DNA from: Octopus bimaculoides
Taxonomy: Eukaryota
NCBI RefSeq assembly: GCF_001194135.2
Contig: NC_068990.1
Location: 89,898,416-89,962,415, forward strand
Direction: 5' to 3'
Length of the DNA: 64,000 nt
The position numbers and the translations under genes were made by a program. How positions within the stretch are numbered: position 1 is the first letter of the stretch; each line of letters begins with the position of its first letter. This document shows positions 50,624-63,590 of the stretch, piece by piece. The notes under the pieces were generated by a model that searched no databases, was not told the origin of the DNA, and saw only the letters and a list, made by a program, of their open reading frames with translations.

Positions 50624-51347
50624 GTAAGTCTGTGGAAGTTATTTCTATAATTTTTCTCCTTTATAAGCAGGTCGCAGGAGATGGTGCTTATGGCCATTGC
50701 AGGTCAACTGAGATTGGTGAGGTTAGTATTGTAGCAAAAATGTTACATCTTCACTATCTTTCTCTCATCTCTTTCTCTGCATCTGAGGCTGATTCTTTGA
50801 AATACAGGCACAACAGAAACAGGAAGAAAGAGTGAGAGAAAGTTGTGGTGAAAGAGTACAACAGGGTTCGCCACCACTCTCTGCTGGAGCCTCGTGGAGC
50901 TTTAGGTGTTTTCGCTGAATAAACACTCACAACACCTGGTCTGGGGATTGAAACTGTGAGTCTGCTGCCCTAACCACTGGGCCATTGCACCTCTATGTTT
51001 TTATATATATATATGCTATCTTATATATATAAGTGCAGGATGGCTGTGTGGTAAGTAGCTTGCTTACCAACCACATGGTTCCAGGTTCAGTCCCACTTTG
51101 TGGCACCTTGTCCAAGTGTCTCCTATGATAGCCTCGGGCTGACCAAAGCCTTGTGAGTAGATTTGGTAGACGGAAACTGAAAGAAGCNNNNNNNNNNNNN
51201 NNNNNNNNNNNNNNNNNNNNNNNNNNNNNNNNNNNNNNNNNNNNNNNNNNNNNNNNNNNNNNNNNNNNNNNNNNNNNNNNNNNNNNNNNNNNNNNNNNNN
51301 NNNNNNNNNNNNNNNNNNNNNNNNNNNNNNNNNNNNNNNNNNNNNNN

Positions 51348-51384
<37 letters not shown>

Positions 51385-51597
51385 GTGTGTACATGTTGAT
51401 GTGTGCGTGTGCGTTTGACTCCCCACCACCCCAACCAATGCTGGTGTGTTTACGTCCCCGTAACTTAGCAGTTCGGCAAAAGAGACTGAAAAAATAAGTA
51501 CTAGGCTTCCAAAGAATAAGTTCTGTGGTCGATTTGCTTGACTAAAGGTGGCGCTCCAGCATGGCCACAGTCAAATGACTGAAACAAGTAAAAGAAT

Positions 51598-51630
<33 letters not shown>

Positions 51631-51866
51631 GTGCCATCCCAGGCAAGCCGTCCAACCCATGCTAGCATGGACAACGCACATTAAATGATGATGGTTATGT
51701 ATCTATGTGTGTGCTTGTGTTTAAGCGTGTGTATATGTATGCTCGCTCACACACACACACATATATATATATATACTCCCATGTATTAATATGGCTTTCT
51801 TTGTGTGTGTATGTGCATGTGTTTTATCTATGTGTATTCATTCTTGTTTCTGTATTTGATCTCCAG

Positions 51867-51915
51867 ACTCCACCACCATTAACAATGCCCAAGACACAGC
51901 ACTGAAACCATCGTA
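51867..51915 (+). CDS. CCM2: CCM2 linker exon (D)STTINNAQDTALKPS(Y)
   Basis: ctccag acceptor, GTAAGT donor; phases 1/2 bridge the flanking exons exactly. Confidence 0.8.
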
Positions 51916-52459
51916 GTAAGTTCTCCCTCTATTTTTATTTCTGTTTATTCATTTAGACATTTAACCTCAGTATTTAGAGATATCCACTATAACGTTTTCC
52001 AGTGGTATGTAAAATGTATCAACTGATCGTGGCCGATGCTAGGCCTGTCTGCCTGACTGGCTCCTGTGCTGGTGGCATGTAAAAAGCACCCACTACACTC
52101 TCGGAGTGGTTGGCATTAGGAAGCGCATCCAGCTGTAGAAACATTGCCAGATCAGATTGGAGCCTGGTGCAGCCTCCCAGCCAAACCGTCCAACCCATGC
52201 CAGCATGGAAAATGGACATTAAACGACGATGATGACATAAAGAGTAAATAATAAAGTACCCTTGGCCATCTCTAAAGTGCGCATGGCCATCTCTAAAGGA
52301 GCAGTTCCATTGGTAAGCAGTAGGTGATCTAAATACCACAGTGTATTACTGGTACTTTTCATCATTGCTGTCCTCCCTATTTTCTTGTTTTCCAGAGCTG
52401 TAAAATGTGATGTGTATCTGTCAACAGTTTTCATTTGTTCTGTTTCTCTACCATTCCAG

Positions 52460-52616
52460 TATAACAACCTCTGACCAGAACCTTACCAAGAACAACACTT
52501 CATCCTACAGCCGTTCCCCAAAAGCATCCAAGCGCACAATTAGTGTAACCACCGAAAGTGAGATTAGTCTGACTGGTGGTGATTATTCTGAGGTCATTCA
52601 AGATTATCTGAAGAAG
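52460..52616 (+). CDS. CCM2: CCM2 exon ITTSDQ...KRTISVTTESEISLTGGDYSEVIQDYLKK
   Basis: Matches KTISESELS...ELLQDYM; ccattccag acceptor, AAG|GTAAGC donor; phases 2/0. Confidence 0.9.
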
Positions 52617-52667
52617 GTAAGCCTCAAAGTGTCTTTATACTTGTATCATCATCATCATCATTATCCA

Positions 52668-52822
52668 GGAGTGGCTGTGTGGTAAGTAGCTTGCTTACCA
52701 ACCACATGATTCTGGGTTCAGTTCCACTGCGTGGCACCTTGGGCAAGTGTCTTCTACTATAGCTTTGGGCTGACTAAAGCCTTGTGAGTGGATTTGGTAG
52801 ACGGAAACTGAAAGAAGCATGT

Positions 52823-52861
<39 letters not shown>

Positions 52862-53074
52862 TTGTGTTTGTGTATTTGTTTGTGTGTCTGTATTTGTCCC
52901 CCAACATTGCTTGACAACCGATGCTGGTGTGTTTACATCCCCGTAACTTAGCAGTTCAGTAAAAGAGACCGATAGAATAAGTACTAGTCTTACAAAGAAT
53001 AAGTCCTGGGGTCGGGCGGTGCTCCAGCATGGCCACAGTCAAATGATTGAAACAGGTAAAAGAGAGTAAAGAGT

Positions 53075-53075
<1 letters not shown>
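52668..53075 (+). mobile_element. Near full-length Octopus-type tRNA-derived SINE. Other copies at about 45525-45575, 47290-47455, 51045-51600 (+), 55042-55220 (-) and 60500-60765 (-)
   Basis: ggagtggctgtgtggtaagtagcttgcttaccaaccacatg head, central microsatellite, gctccagcatggccacagtcaaatga...gtaaaagag tail. Confidence 0.9.
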
Positions 53076-53105
<30 letters not shown>

Positions 53106-53301
53106 ATTTATGTTCCTAACACTAGCTGAATGATAACTAAGTTATTTTACTAAATTCTTTGTTATATTTAAAATTAATTGAAAGAAACAGAGCATCTCAA
53201 AATAAATACAGTAACAAAAGCGTTGAAGTTGTTGTTGTGATTCATTCATAAAGTTGTTGTTTTTGTTGTCACTATTAATATTGTTGTTGTTGATGTTGCA
53301 G

Positions 53302-53440
53302 CTGCACAAATGCCTCACCAAAACAGAACTGTGTCAGTTTGCTGTTCTGCTCACTGCTCGACAGAAAGGTGCAACCACAGGAGAATTTTGCAAAGAAGTT
53401 TTCAATTTGTTCGGACAAGAAAGGAAACATATGATGACTG
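53302..53440 (+). CDS. CCM2: CCM2 harmonin-homology-domain exon LHKCLTKTELCQFAVLL...EFCKEVFNLFGQERKHMMT
   Basis: Aligns with LRTKLSSQEIQQFAALL...EFCINLRQLYGDSRKFLLL; 139 nt, phases 0/1. Confidence 0.95.
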
Positions 53441-54852
53441 GTGAGATATCAATCAGTAATTTCATTCCACAGACATCTTGGAGACATTCTTTGTCATTTC
53501 ACTTCTCTCAAATACCATTTTAACACAACTACTGTAATTTCTATTGCTATGAAATCGCAGTATATGTACCACCCCTATTCAAATCTACCTTGTATACCAA
53601 CTCTATCCAGGTCCACCCTATATATCATACCTACCCAAGTCCATCTTATTTACCATCTCTACCCAAGTTTACCTGGATTATACCCCTATCTAGCGATATG
53701 TGCACCACCCCTATTCATGCCCGCTTTGTGTATCAGACTTGCCAAAATCTACCTTGTATTGCTCTCCTAAAACAGCCATGACTTGACTTGGGAACCATTT
53801 GATGACAGGCATTTCATAACAGACAGAAAATCATTTGGTGGCAGACATTCCAAGATGGTCTGAAGATAGTCACCATTACATGGAATGGATGTACAAGACA
53901 AGCAACCAACTGAGCCCAGCGGAGGAAAGTTGCTGCCAAATGTGTTGAGCATTGCTGGAAGAACTAAAGCCCAAACTAAAGCTAATAACACCTCAACCTG
54001 TGCCGCCTGACTGGCTCTTCATGCTGGTGGCACGTAAAAAGCATCATCCGAATGTGGTCGATACCAGCCTCAAAAACAATTCACATATAAACATCCTGTC
54101 TTTAATTCAGACACTGGCTATCTAGGAATAGCAGCCAAACTTCCCTCAAATCACACCTTACTTTCTTCAAACAAGAAGTATACATGAGATAATGTTACCC
54201 TAGATGAAAAAAAAAAGGGACCCTCTTCAGTCATGAACAACCATGGGATTGCCCCTAGGAAGTTCCCCTCTGATGCACAAGTCTGGACAAGGTTGTTTAT
54301 GGAAGACTATCAGTCACCCATACATACTATCCTCCTGTCTCCATGCCACCGATGTTATCCAAAAGAAAGGCAAAGGGGCCGATATAGCTTGGCACCAGTG
54401 ATGTCCCAACTCATTTCTACAGCTGAGTGAACTGGAGCAACGTGAAATTGAAATAAAGTGCCTTGCTCAAGAAAACAACACACAGCCTGGTCCAGGAATC
54501 GAATTCAGTACCTCATGCTTGTGAGCCTGATGCTCTAACCACTGAGCTATGCACCTTCGCTACCCTAGATACACTATAGCTAAAAATAAAATAACACTAA
54601 TAATGTTTAAAAATAACATAAATAATAATAATCATGAGCACCCAGGGAGAGCCCACTATTTTGTTTATTTATTACTGCTACTTTGTAATTATCCTTCAGA
54701 AATTTTGCACCTGGGACAAAGGTTCCTGTGGCCCCACTCTGGACTGACTTTGGGCTAAACAACGCCTTCAAGAACCATTCTTCTGTTATTCTTTCAATTC
54801 CATCTCCACACTATTTTCTAATGCGATGTCTTTCTATTAACATCTCTATTAG

Positions 54853-54982
54853 GCATGGGTCCTTTCATAGAAGCAAAAGACTATCATGTGTTTGAAGAAT
54901 TCCTGTCTAAAAATTCTATGGCGCTTCCAGCAAATGGCCATGGAACCATCTCCAGCTTCCACAGCAATTCCCAGCTCTGCAA
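54853..54982 (+). CDS. CCM2: CCM2 exon (G)MGPFIEAKDYHVFEEFLSKN...SQLC(K)
   Basis: Aligns with GLRPFIPEKDSQHFENFL; ctattag acceptor, GTAAGT donor; phases 1/2. Confidence 0.92.
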
Positions 54983-55261
54983 GTAAGTCATCCACTGGGT
55001 TTATTTATCTGTCTTTAATTTACTGATTGGTTACACTTTTATTTGTTTTAGTCATTTGAGTGTGGCCATGCTGGAGCACCGCCTTTTAGTCAAACAAATC
55101 GACCCCAAGACTTATTCTTTGTAAGCTTAGTACTTACTCTATGGGTCCCTTTTGTCGAACTGCTAAGTTACAGAGTTGTAAACACGCCAACATCAGTTGT
55201 CAGGCGCTGGTGGGAAGACAAATAAAGACTATTTAAGCATTTTATCTGATCAAATTTAACT

Positions 55262-55652
55262 GTTTCTGGAGGGAAACGCAATCTTTCAAGATGATAATGC
55301 ACCGATTCACACAGCTAAAGTTGTTACTGAATGGCATGAGGAACATTCTAGTGAAGCTGAACATCTTATCTGGCCACCACAGTCCCCAGATCTCAATATT
55401 ATTAAACATTAATGGTGCATTTTAGAAAAACAAGTTAGGAGTCAATATCCTCCACCATCATCATTACAAGAACTGGAGACTGTTTTAGCTGAAGAATGGA
55501 TGAAAATTCCTTTGGAAACAATTCAAACTTTGAACGAGTCCATACCTCATAGAATTCAAGCTGTAATTACTACCAAAGGCAGTCCTACTCCATGTTAAAA
55601 TAAGTTTGCTTCAAATTTTAAGGTGTTTCCATTATTTTGTCCAACCCTTGTA
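55262..55652 (+). mobile_element. Tc1-like transposase 3' fragment with terminal repeat
   Basis: IFQDDNAPIHTAK...LIWPPQSPDLNIIKH*W...EEW.KIP...IQTL.ESIP.RI.AVI..KG, then ttttgtccaacccttg-ta. Confidence 0.9.
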
Positions 55653-55761
55653 TATATATGTGTGTGTGTGTGTGTATGATTTGTTTAATATAATTTCATG
55701 TTATTTACTTCTTTTTTTCCTTTTGTTTTTCTGTTCACGTTTCTCCAACCAATTTATCAAG

Positions 55762-55891
55762 AGACAACGGCATTACAACTCACTCAATAAACAGCGGAGA
55801 TATGGATGAATTTGATCGAATGATGGACTGCATCTCGGACCAGATCGATAACATGGAGAACAGTGTCGATGTGGACAGCTTTGTGTCATGA
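55762..55891 (+). CDS. CCM2: CCM2 terminal coding exon DNGITTHSINSGDMDEFDRMMDCISDQIDNMENSVDVDSFVS*
   Basis: Matches the C-terminal GDEWDRMISDISSDIEAL..S.D; long pyrimidine tract acceptor; phase 2; TGA at 55889-55891. Confidence 0.9.
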
Positions 55892-56529
55892 AATCTGACT
55901 TCCCCCCCCACACCCACATACAGACCTTCTTGCCTTCTCTTTAGTATTTATGTTTTATTTTTTTTTGTTTCTTTTTCCAATGCACCNNNNNNNNNNNNNN
56001 NNNNNNNNNNNNNNNNNNNNNNNNNNNNNNNNNNNNNCCCCCCCCCCATCATTTATGACAGTCCATGCTACTGAGTGACACTTCAGTTCCCAACTCCTCC
56101 ACTAATCATCTACCCATCCACCCTTTGCTACCTGTTTCAAACTTCCAAAACTGTTCCCATAGAAACATTACTTATGATATCTTTTTTTTTTTTTATATAC
56201 AACTATCTTCCTTTCTCTCCCTCTCTCTATTTCTCGGAGTGGTTGGCGTTAGGAAGGGCATCCAGCTGTAGAAACTCTGCCAAATTAGATTGGAGCCTGG
56301 TGTTGCCATCCGGTTTCACCAGTCCTCAGTCAAATCGTCCAACCCATGCTAGCATGGAAAGCGGACGTTAAACAATGATGATGATGATGATATATATATA
56401 TACAGGTGTAAAAAAGTTGAATTAGATTTGTCCTTTAATTTGGAGGTTTCCAAAAAATTATTTCTAATATGGATTCTTCATATTTTGCTGGTAGCTTTCT
56501 GGCGTAGGTTTGCGAATATGAAAATAATA

Positions 56530-56662
56530 CTTGTATAATGGTGTGTTATGTGAATTTATGGAAAGAAATCCCATAAAACTCACCTTCTCTTCATTTTTAT
56601 CAAAATTGTTGTTGAGTTTTATGGGATTTCTTTCCATATATTCACAACACATTATATACAAG
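56530..56662. repeat. Inverted repeat/hairpin downstream of the CCM2 stop
   Basis: tgtgaatttatggaaagaaatcccataaaactca / tgagttttatgggatttctttccatatattcaca, plus outer pairing. Confidence 0.85.
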
Positions 56663-57754
56663 AATATATATATATATCACTGATCTGTGAGTGAGTGTGA
56701 CCCACAAAGGCCCTGGGTACTGTTTGCCTCCTTACAATAATTCATAAACAGAAATATGTAACGCCCCAGCATGGCCACAGGCCTCTGTGTCTGAAAGTTT
56801 CAAAAGAAGGAAAGAATAACCAGAGCAAGACATTTGGCTCTGCTTCCTTCATTTCTTCCTGTTTGAAAATAAAGCCAGGCTGCTGCCCCTTATTTTTACT
56901 GATGAGTGGTTTCTAGTTGGACCCAAACCTTCACTCTCCCACCCAGCTGTAAAAACAATTTCTCTGGAGCCAATAACAGAGTCAGTTGGTGGTCACTCAA
57001 CTTGCTAGAAATAACAACCAAGTCTCCCTCAAATCACAACCTAACAACTTGGAAAAAGGAAAAGACACTTTGGATGAGACGTGATGGCCATGGATGGCAT
57101 GCACATCCACAAATGCATATGCATATGTGTATATATGCAATGTATGCAAATAATGCACATTTGCATGTGCACAAAATGCACTCACTGATGTCCTTGCAGA
57201 TGCACAAACATGCAGACATCTACACAGAACACACACATATACACATGCACATATACCCCCATACATATGTGCTCATGTACATGCATAGTTATGCACACAG
57301 GTACACACAACTCACTCGCATGCTCAACATATGCACCACATACACTTTAGATTTCTGTTGTTGATGAGGAAACAAATGAAAAGCTGCATCTTGACTGTGA
57401 TGTTGTTAATGGGAACACAGCATCCCATCCAAGAAAGCCTGTCTAAGAGAAAGGAAGGGAGAAAGTGAGAAAGAAAGAGAGAGAGAAGAGATACAGAGCG
57501 GGGGAACAGAGTAAGAGAGGAGAGAGAAGACAAAGAGAGGGCAGAGTGAGAGAGAAAGTGTGTTTGTGAGAGAGAGAGACAAAAAGCGAGAGCGTGTGTG
57601 TGTGTATGAGAGAGAGAGACAGATAGAGTGATTGGCAAACACACACACACACAGATAAACAACCTTCTGACAGGTATTTACACTGACATTTGAGGTTTCT
57701 AGGAATGCTGACAAACTAGTTTAAAATACCATCCTGTTGTTATTACAAATAATG

Positions 57755-57810
<56 letters not shown>

Positions 57811-59378
57811 TCTCCTTCTCTTTCTCTCCCTCTCTTTCTCTCCCTCTCTTTCTCTCCCTCTCTTTCTCTCTCTCTCTTTCTCTCCCTCTCTTTCTCTTTC
57901 TCTCTGTCTTTCTCAAATAGTTGAACAGTTGTTATGATATGGCTATGATATATTTGACCTACATTCACTGTAGCAATTGGTCAAAATGCTGTTGAATGGT
58001 TCTCGTTTTTGTTTTTTTTTGTTGTTGTCATGGTGCAATATATACCACCCATAGAGAAGTGTACCCTGTATAGCTGGCCTGATTGTTGACTCAACTAAAT
58101 GAGTTTATCTTCCTGGTTGTTGGCTCAAATCAACTGCTAATTTATATCGCCTTTTTACACTCACAGGTTGTATACGCACGTGTGTGTGTGTTGTTTTTCA
58201 GCTGAATCACTTTCTCCATTCGAAACACCTAGCTTTCAGTAACCATTCTTGTTGGTTTACTCACCAAACGGCCTGATCTTTTTCGCAGGTCGTGGTGTTG
58301 CATTACACTACAACTTACTAAAGTATAAACACCAATTAAAAGATTGCTTGCTGTAAACCAGTGACATGTCTTACAGGAAAATATTTCAATATTACACCCA
58401 GAAACACATTCATGTCTTTTCATTGAAGCCATGTTTATAGATTGCTTATTTGTTATGTTGTAAGGAGGCATCTTCCCTTGTGACTGAAGGTCAGGGCCGG
58501 ACCTACACTAAAGCCCTGTACATTTTATATTACAAATACACACACACACACACATTTTTCTCTGTCTGTCTCATATTGTTTATCAGTTTGTTTTTTTTAA
58601 CATCTGCTTTTCCATGCTTGTATGGGTTGGACAGATTTTCAACAGCTGGATGCTCTTCCTGTCACCAACCCTCTTTTGAAGCAAAGTAATCGTTTCTCAA
58701 AGCTAGACATGTCTTTCATGGAAGACTGGAAACAAACAAACTCAAACCATTATTATATCATGCCTCGAAAAGGGTGCATACACACACATACACACACACA
58801 CACACACAAATCGTTTAATAAAGTAGCAATACTATCCTAGTGTTTATCCTTCTCTAATTCTTGCTCTCTGTTTAATCCAGTGTCTACTATAGGATTTGAA
58901 CCTTGCTCCTCTTCTCCACAATGACATATTAACATCAACAACAGTAACAAGGAAATAAAAAATATATATTAGAACCTTATATATTGTCAAGCTTTATTTT
59001 ATGACATTTTTATTTACAGAATCAGTTGAGCAACAGCTGAATATGCAAGGCAGTGAGCTGGCAGAATCGTTAGCACGCCGGGCGAAATGCTTAGTAGTAT
59101 TGTGTCTGCTGTTACGTTCTGAGTTCAAATTCCATCAAGATCAACTTTGCCATTCATCCTTTCAGGGTCAATTAAATAAGTACCAGTTACGCACTGGCGT
59201 CAATGTAATCGATTTAATCCCTTTGTCCTTGTTTGTCCCCTCTATGTTTAGCTCCCCTGTGGGCAATAAAGAAATTAATATTTAGTTCCATTTCTATGGC
59301 TGTAAGCTGGCTGAATCATTAGGAGACTGGACAAAATGCTCTGGCATTTCATCCATCTTTACATACTGAGTTCAAATT

Positions 59379-59660
59379 TACATGGAGTAAATAAAACCAT
59401 AACATAAACAATTAAATATAAGAAATAATAATTTCTTAAAGTATGTGTTAATCCTCATGTGGGTACATGGAGTAAATAAAGTCATAACATAAACAATTAA
59501 ATATAAGAAATAATAATTTCTTAAAGTATGTGTTAATCCTCATGTGGGTACATGAAGTAAATAAAATCATAACATAAATAATTAAATGTAAGAAATAATC
59601 ATTTCTTAAAATATGTGTTAATCCCCATGTACCCAGACTTTGTGGACACCCTGTATATAT
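59379..59660. repeat. 85-bp unit x3 inside a Tc1/mariner-like MITE end
   Basis: Units start at 59379, 59464 and 59549; followed by gtggacaccctg-ta, a TIR-like end. Confidence 0.85.
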
Positions 59661-61182
59661 GAGATTTAGCTGGTTTTTTTAGCAAATTAAATGACTGCAT
59701 AGATGTGCGCTTATTCGTTCATACAGAGTTTGATATTATCTTCCATAGTTCTGATTTCACATCATTGCTGCGTTAAATTTGCCTTTTGTTGCTCTAGCAA
59801 CAGTACCAGTAATACACTGAGGCTGTTTCAATCAATTATATACATCCTTCCCACTACAAAATCGTGACATATCTCATTTGAGCCAATCCTTATCTACGAT
59901 GTAATTAGAATGTCATTGTTATTAAATTCCTTGCATTGTACACTTGTATTGTACTCTGTGTATGTGTGATTCCGGATGGATAACATTCTAGGAAGAGAAA
60001 ACTGATTTTTTGGTGTATTTCTTGTAATGTATAGTTTGGGTGCTCTCTTGTCCAATTATACAATTTGTAAATTTAATACACACCCAATTTTATTTCATTT
60101 TAATGATGAACTATTTCCCGTTTTAGTGTAAATACGTAATAACACGTTTTAAACAGAACATTCGTGCAATACTTTTATCACATATAAAGGGAGAGTTCAC
60201 GTTGGTGATATTCATCAGTCCGTATTGGTTTTACCGTCGGAAACTAAAGTCCGACCTCAGGGGAAATTACTCTTCATAACCTCTTTATTCTGAGGGAGAT
60301 AACTTTAACCTACAGGGTATAGGATGACCAACGAATAGACAAATATCCTGGAAGCTTTCATTAAACATGGCACCGTTGGAGACAACTAATTTCTTGTGTG
60401 TTTTAAACCACGTTTGATGAATATTAATGCAAGGAGTTGTGCAAAGCCTTCGTAAATGAAAAAAAACACAAACGTTAAATTGTTTCTGTGTCTCTTCCTT
60501 TATTCTTTTATTTGTTTCAGTCGTTTGACTGCAGCCATGCTGGAGCACCACCTTCAGTCAAGCAAATCGATCCCAGGGCTAATTCTTTGTCAGCCTAGTA
60601 TCTATCCTATCGGTCTCTTTTGCCGACCCGCTAAGTTACGGGGATGTAAACACACCGACACCGGTTGTCAAGCGATGGTGGTGGTGGTGGTGGGGACGCA
60701 CGCACACACACATATATACGACGGGCTTCTTTTAGTTTCCGTCTGCTAAATCCACTCACAAGTCTTATATAAAAATTTTAATGAATTTTTCAATGTTTTT
60801 TTTTTCGTTCTATTTTCGAGTTTGGTCGCATATATTAGAACTAATTACTATCGTAAAACGAGGTATACTTGCCATTTTTTTCTGGTACCGGTGCAAAACA
60901 GGATAGCAATTGAGAAAATGGGAACCTCAGTATTTCACTGGTTCTTTGTTTCAAACACTGTGGAAAAATAAAAGGTAAAGTTGACCTCAACGAGACTTGA
61001 ACTCAGAATGTAGAAAGCCAGCAGATATACCACGACATTTTGTCTGACGCTGTAATGATTTTGCCAATTTAACGCAGGAATTATGCTAATAGTATTGTCT
61101 GGCATTCTGACCTACTGACTGCATAATATCGCTCAAGGACATATGCAAAAGAGACAGAAAGTTGATTGAGAAATGGTGCTGA

Positions 61183-61385
61183 TATAAATCTCGAGAAGTA
61201 CGAGGAACAAATAGGGGCTGCAATAAGGGTAGAGCACTTGGAGAAAACATCACTGGTTGGAACCGCTCGAATACTCCGGAAGGTGCTCGAAAAATAAGGG
61301 GTGTTACTTTAGTTCACTGGTAGTGAACAGCCGACACCGTAGTACATCTCCAGCGTTAGAAGCTGCGCAAAGACAATATGATAAT
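61183..61385 (+). mobile_element. R2/R4-superfamily (RLE) non-LTR retrotransposon 3' end
   Basis: INLEKYEEQIGAAIRVEHLEKTSLVGTARILRKVLEK* matches the LQK..LLGTARILRKVL terminus; short 3' UTR ending in an (ATA)n remnant. Confidence 0.7.
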
Positions 61386-62629
61386 AGATTCATATTATTT
61401 TTCTTTGATTACCGGAATTGGATGAAATTCCACAATACAAACAATCCTTTGCCACTTGTTATGGGTGATACATAGGTTATACGTTCTTTTTTTTTAGCAA
61501 GATACGAACACAAGGATGTCAAGGCGACATCATACAGATACATTGTTGCTCAGGAGAAATATTTATGATCTTCAGGGAAGCCTTCAAGTTGCCGATTATC
61601 GAATTAATTTGACATGCAGGCTGTAGCATTGAGCATGGTTAGATTGTCATTCCTATGTTTAACAAGTCCATTCGGCGGAATACAACGTATTATGTTCACG
61701 ACATGCTATGGCTGTGCATAAATCAGCAGATAATATCGTCGTATAATAAAGCAGAATATATCGCTTAGTAGAATAGAAGCTACTCATCCGTTTGTGCATA
61801 AACGAAGTAGTTTTTCTTTGAGAGTGATCTACTCTGGTACTTACATGCATGAAGTTTTCCATGTTACAGTTGAGGTCACATAGTATCACCATGACATTCT
61901 TGCTGACCAATCAGAAGAGTACGTTCTGCTCGCTATCTTGTTATATCTTCTTTTGTATGTTTCATCCAAAATTACTGGTTGACAAAGCAGGTGTTTAGCA
62001 TATGTGGAAACTGAGTTTCAGTCAGCTGGTTTTAACTGATCGAATTAAGTGTGTGTGTGTGTGTGTGTGATTTCTCCCCTAACACGTGTGTTTGAAAAGC
62101 CGTAAACAGTGCAAGTACTTACACATGATGCATTAGCTTCCTTCCAAAAGGTTCATGCCATTTCTGATTTTTTAAGATTTTTTAGATATAATAGTTTTTA
62201 ATTTAAGAAAATCCTTCTTTACATGTGTTTATAATATATATTTTGAGATATCTGTGTACAGTCGATCGTAACTAATTCACCAGCTGTTCTCATCACATAG
62301 TAGTATAAATCTGGTGACATAGTTTACAATAATTATCATAATTGTCATCGTTTTGACCTTTATGAAGAAACAAACCTAGACAATAGGAACACTGTCTAGT
62401 GTCTGGTGTCTTTCTGTTAGCATAGCTGTCGGTCTATCAGTTAGGTCTCTCTCTATCTGTAATGCATTCGTTTTTCTCTGAGTAATGTTTTCACTGGAAT
62501 ATATATGACACTAGGCTTTACATAAAATTCGATATAATAAAAATGATTCCATTGAATACGAATAAGCATTTTGCTGTATTGACAAAAAAGTGTTAAATAT
62601 ATATCAATATATCGACACAAATGTGTGCG

Positions 62630-62660
<31 letters not shown>

Positions 62661-62739
62661 TAAATCAGGTCATTCTTGATGCTACTAGAAACATGTAATC
62701 CTGTACGACCTGTCGCATGCTCGGGCCATCGGCGACTAA

Positions 62740-63095
62740 ACCAGCAACTCTGCAAAGCCTGCTTTAAAATTGGTGAAAAGGTGTTTACGAGGACATACAA
62801 GAAAGGAAAGCAGAGCTTGGGAAGATGGCATAATTTCCAAATGCCTGGGTAAAATGGTGTATTGGGTAAAAAGTAGAAAAGGTATTCAAAAAGAGACACA
62901 ACAATCAACTGAAAAAGAGATTTGTGGAAAGCGAACCAAAGAACGTTGGAGGAAGCGATGGAATGGTTTTTCGATGCGTTCCAAGTACCAACGCCACTGC
63001 AGGTGATTGAACCCAGGCGTAAAAGGTGAGAGGAAAAGAAAACATGCAAAATTCCTGAAAATTGATGCCAAGAGCTAAAAATATTAAATTGTCCG
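62740..63095 (+). mobile_element. Ty3/Gypsy pol (integrase C-terminal) fragment, frameshifted
   Basis: FKIGEKVFTRTYKKGK / WEDGIISKCLGKMVY / KRHNNQLKKR / MEWFFDAFQVP across shifted frames. Confidence 0.6.
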
Positions 63096-63552
63096 GAAAA
63101 CAAATGGAGGTGGGGGTGAATAAAAAATAATTATGGTTAAATAGAATGACGCTTCCCAAGAAAAACTTATAAAGGAATATATATATATATANNNNNNNNN
63201 NNNNNNNNNNNNNNNNNNNNNNNNNNNNNNNNNNNNNNNNNNNNNNNNNNNNNNNNNNNNNNNNNNNNNNNNNNNNNNNNNNNNNNNNNNNNNNNNNNNN
63301 NNNNNNNNNNNNNNNNNNNNNNNNNNNNNNNNNNNNNNNNNNNNNNNNNNNNNNNNNNNNNNNNNNNNNNNNNNNNNNNNNNNNNNNNNNNNNNNNNNNN
63401 NNNNNNNNNNNNNNNNNNNNNNNNNNNNNNNNNNNNNNNNNNNNNNNNNNNNNNNNNNNNNNNNNNNNNNNNNNNNNNNNNNNNNNNNNNNNNNNNNNNN
63501 NNNNNNNNNNNNNNNNNNNNNNNNNNNNNNNNNNNNNNNNNNNNNNNNNNNN

Positions 63553-63590
<38 letters not shown>

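Noticed and set aside
58229-58471. Minus-strand ORF with donor-like sites (GTAAGT, GTGAGT)
   Set aside because: No recognisable protein and no chain of compatible exons.
60185-60285. Repeat with a gtcgga/tccgac hairpin and CTGATGA on the minus strand
   Set aside because: No correctly placed GAAA or stem; too degraded to call a ribozyme.
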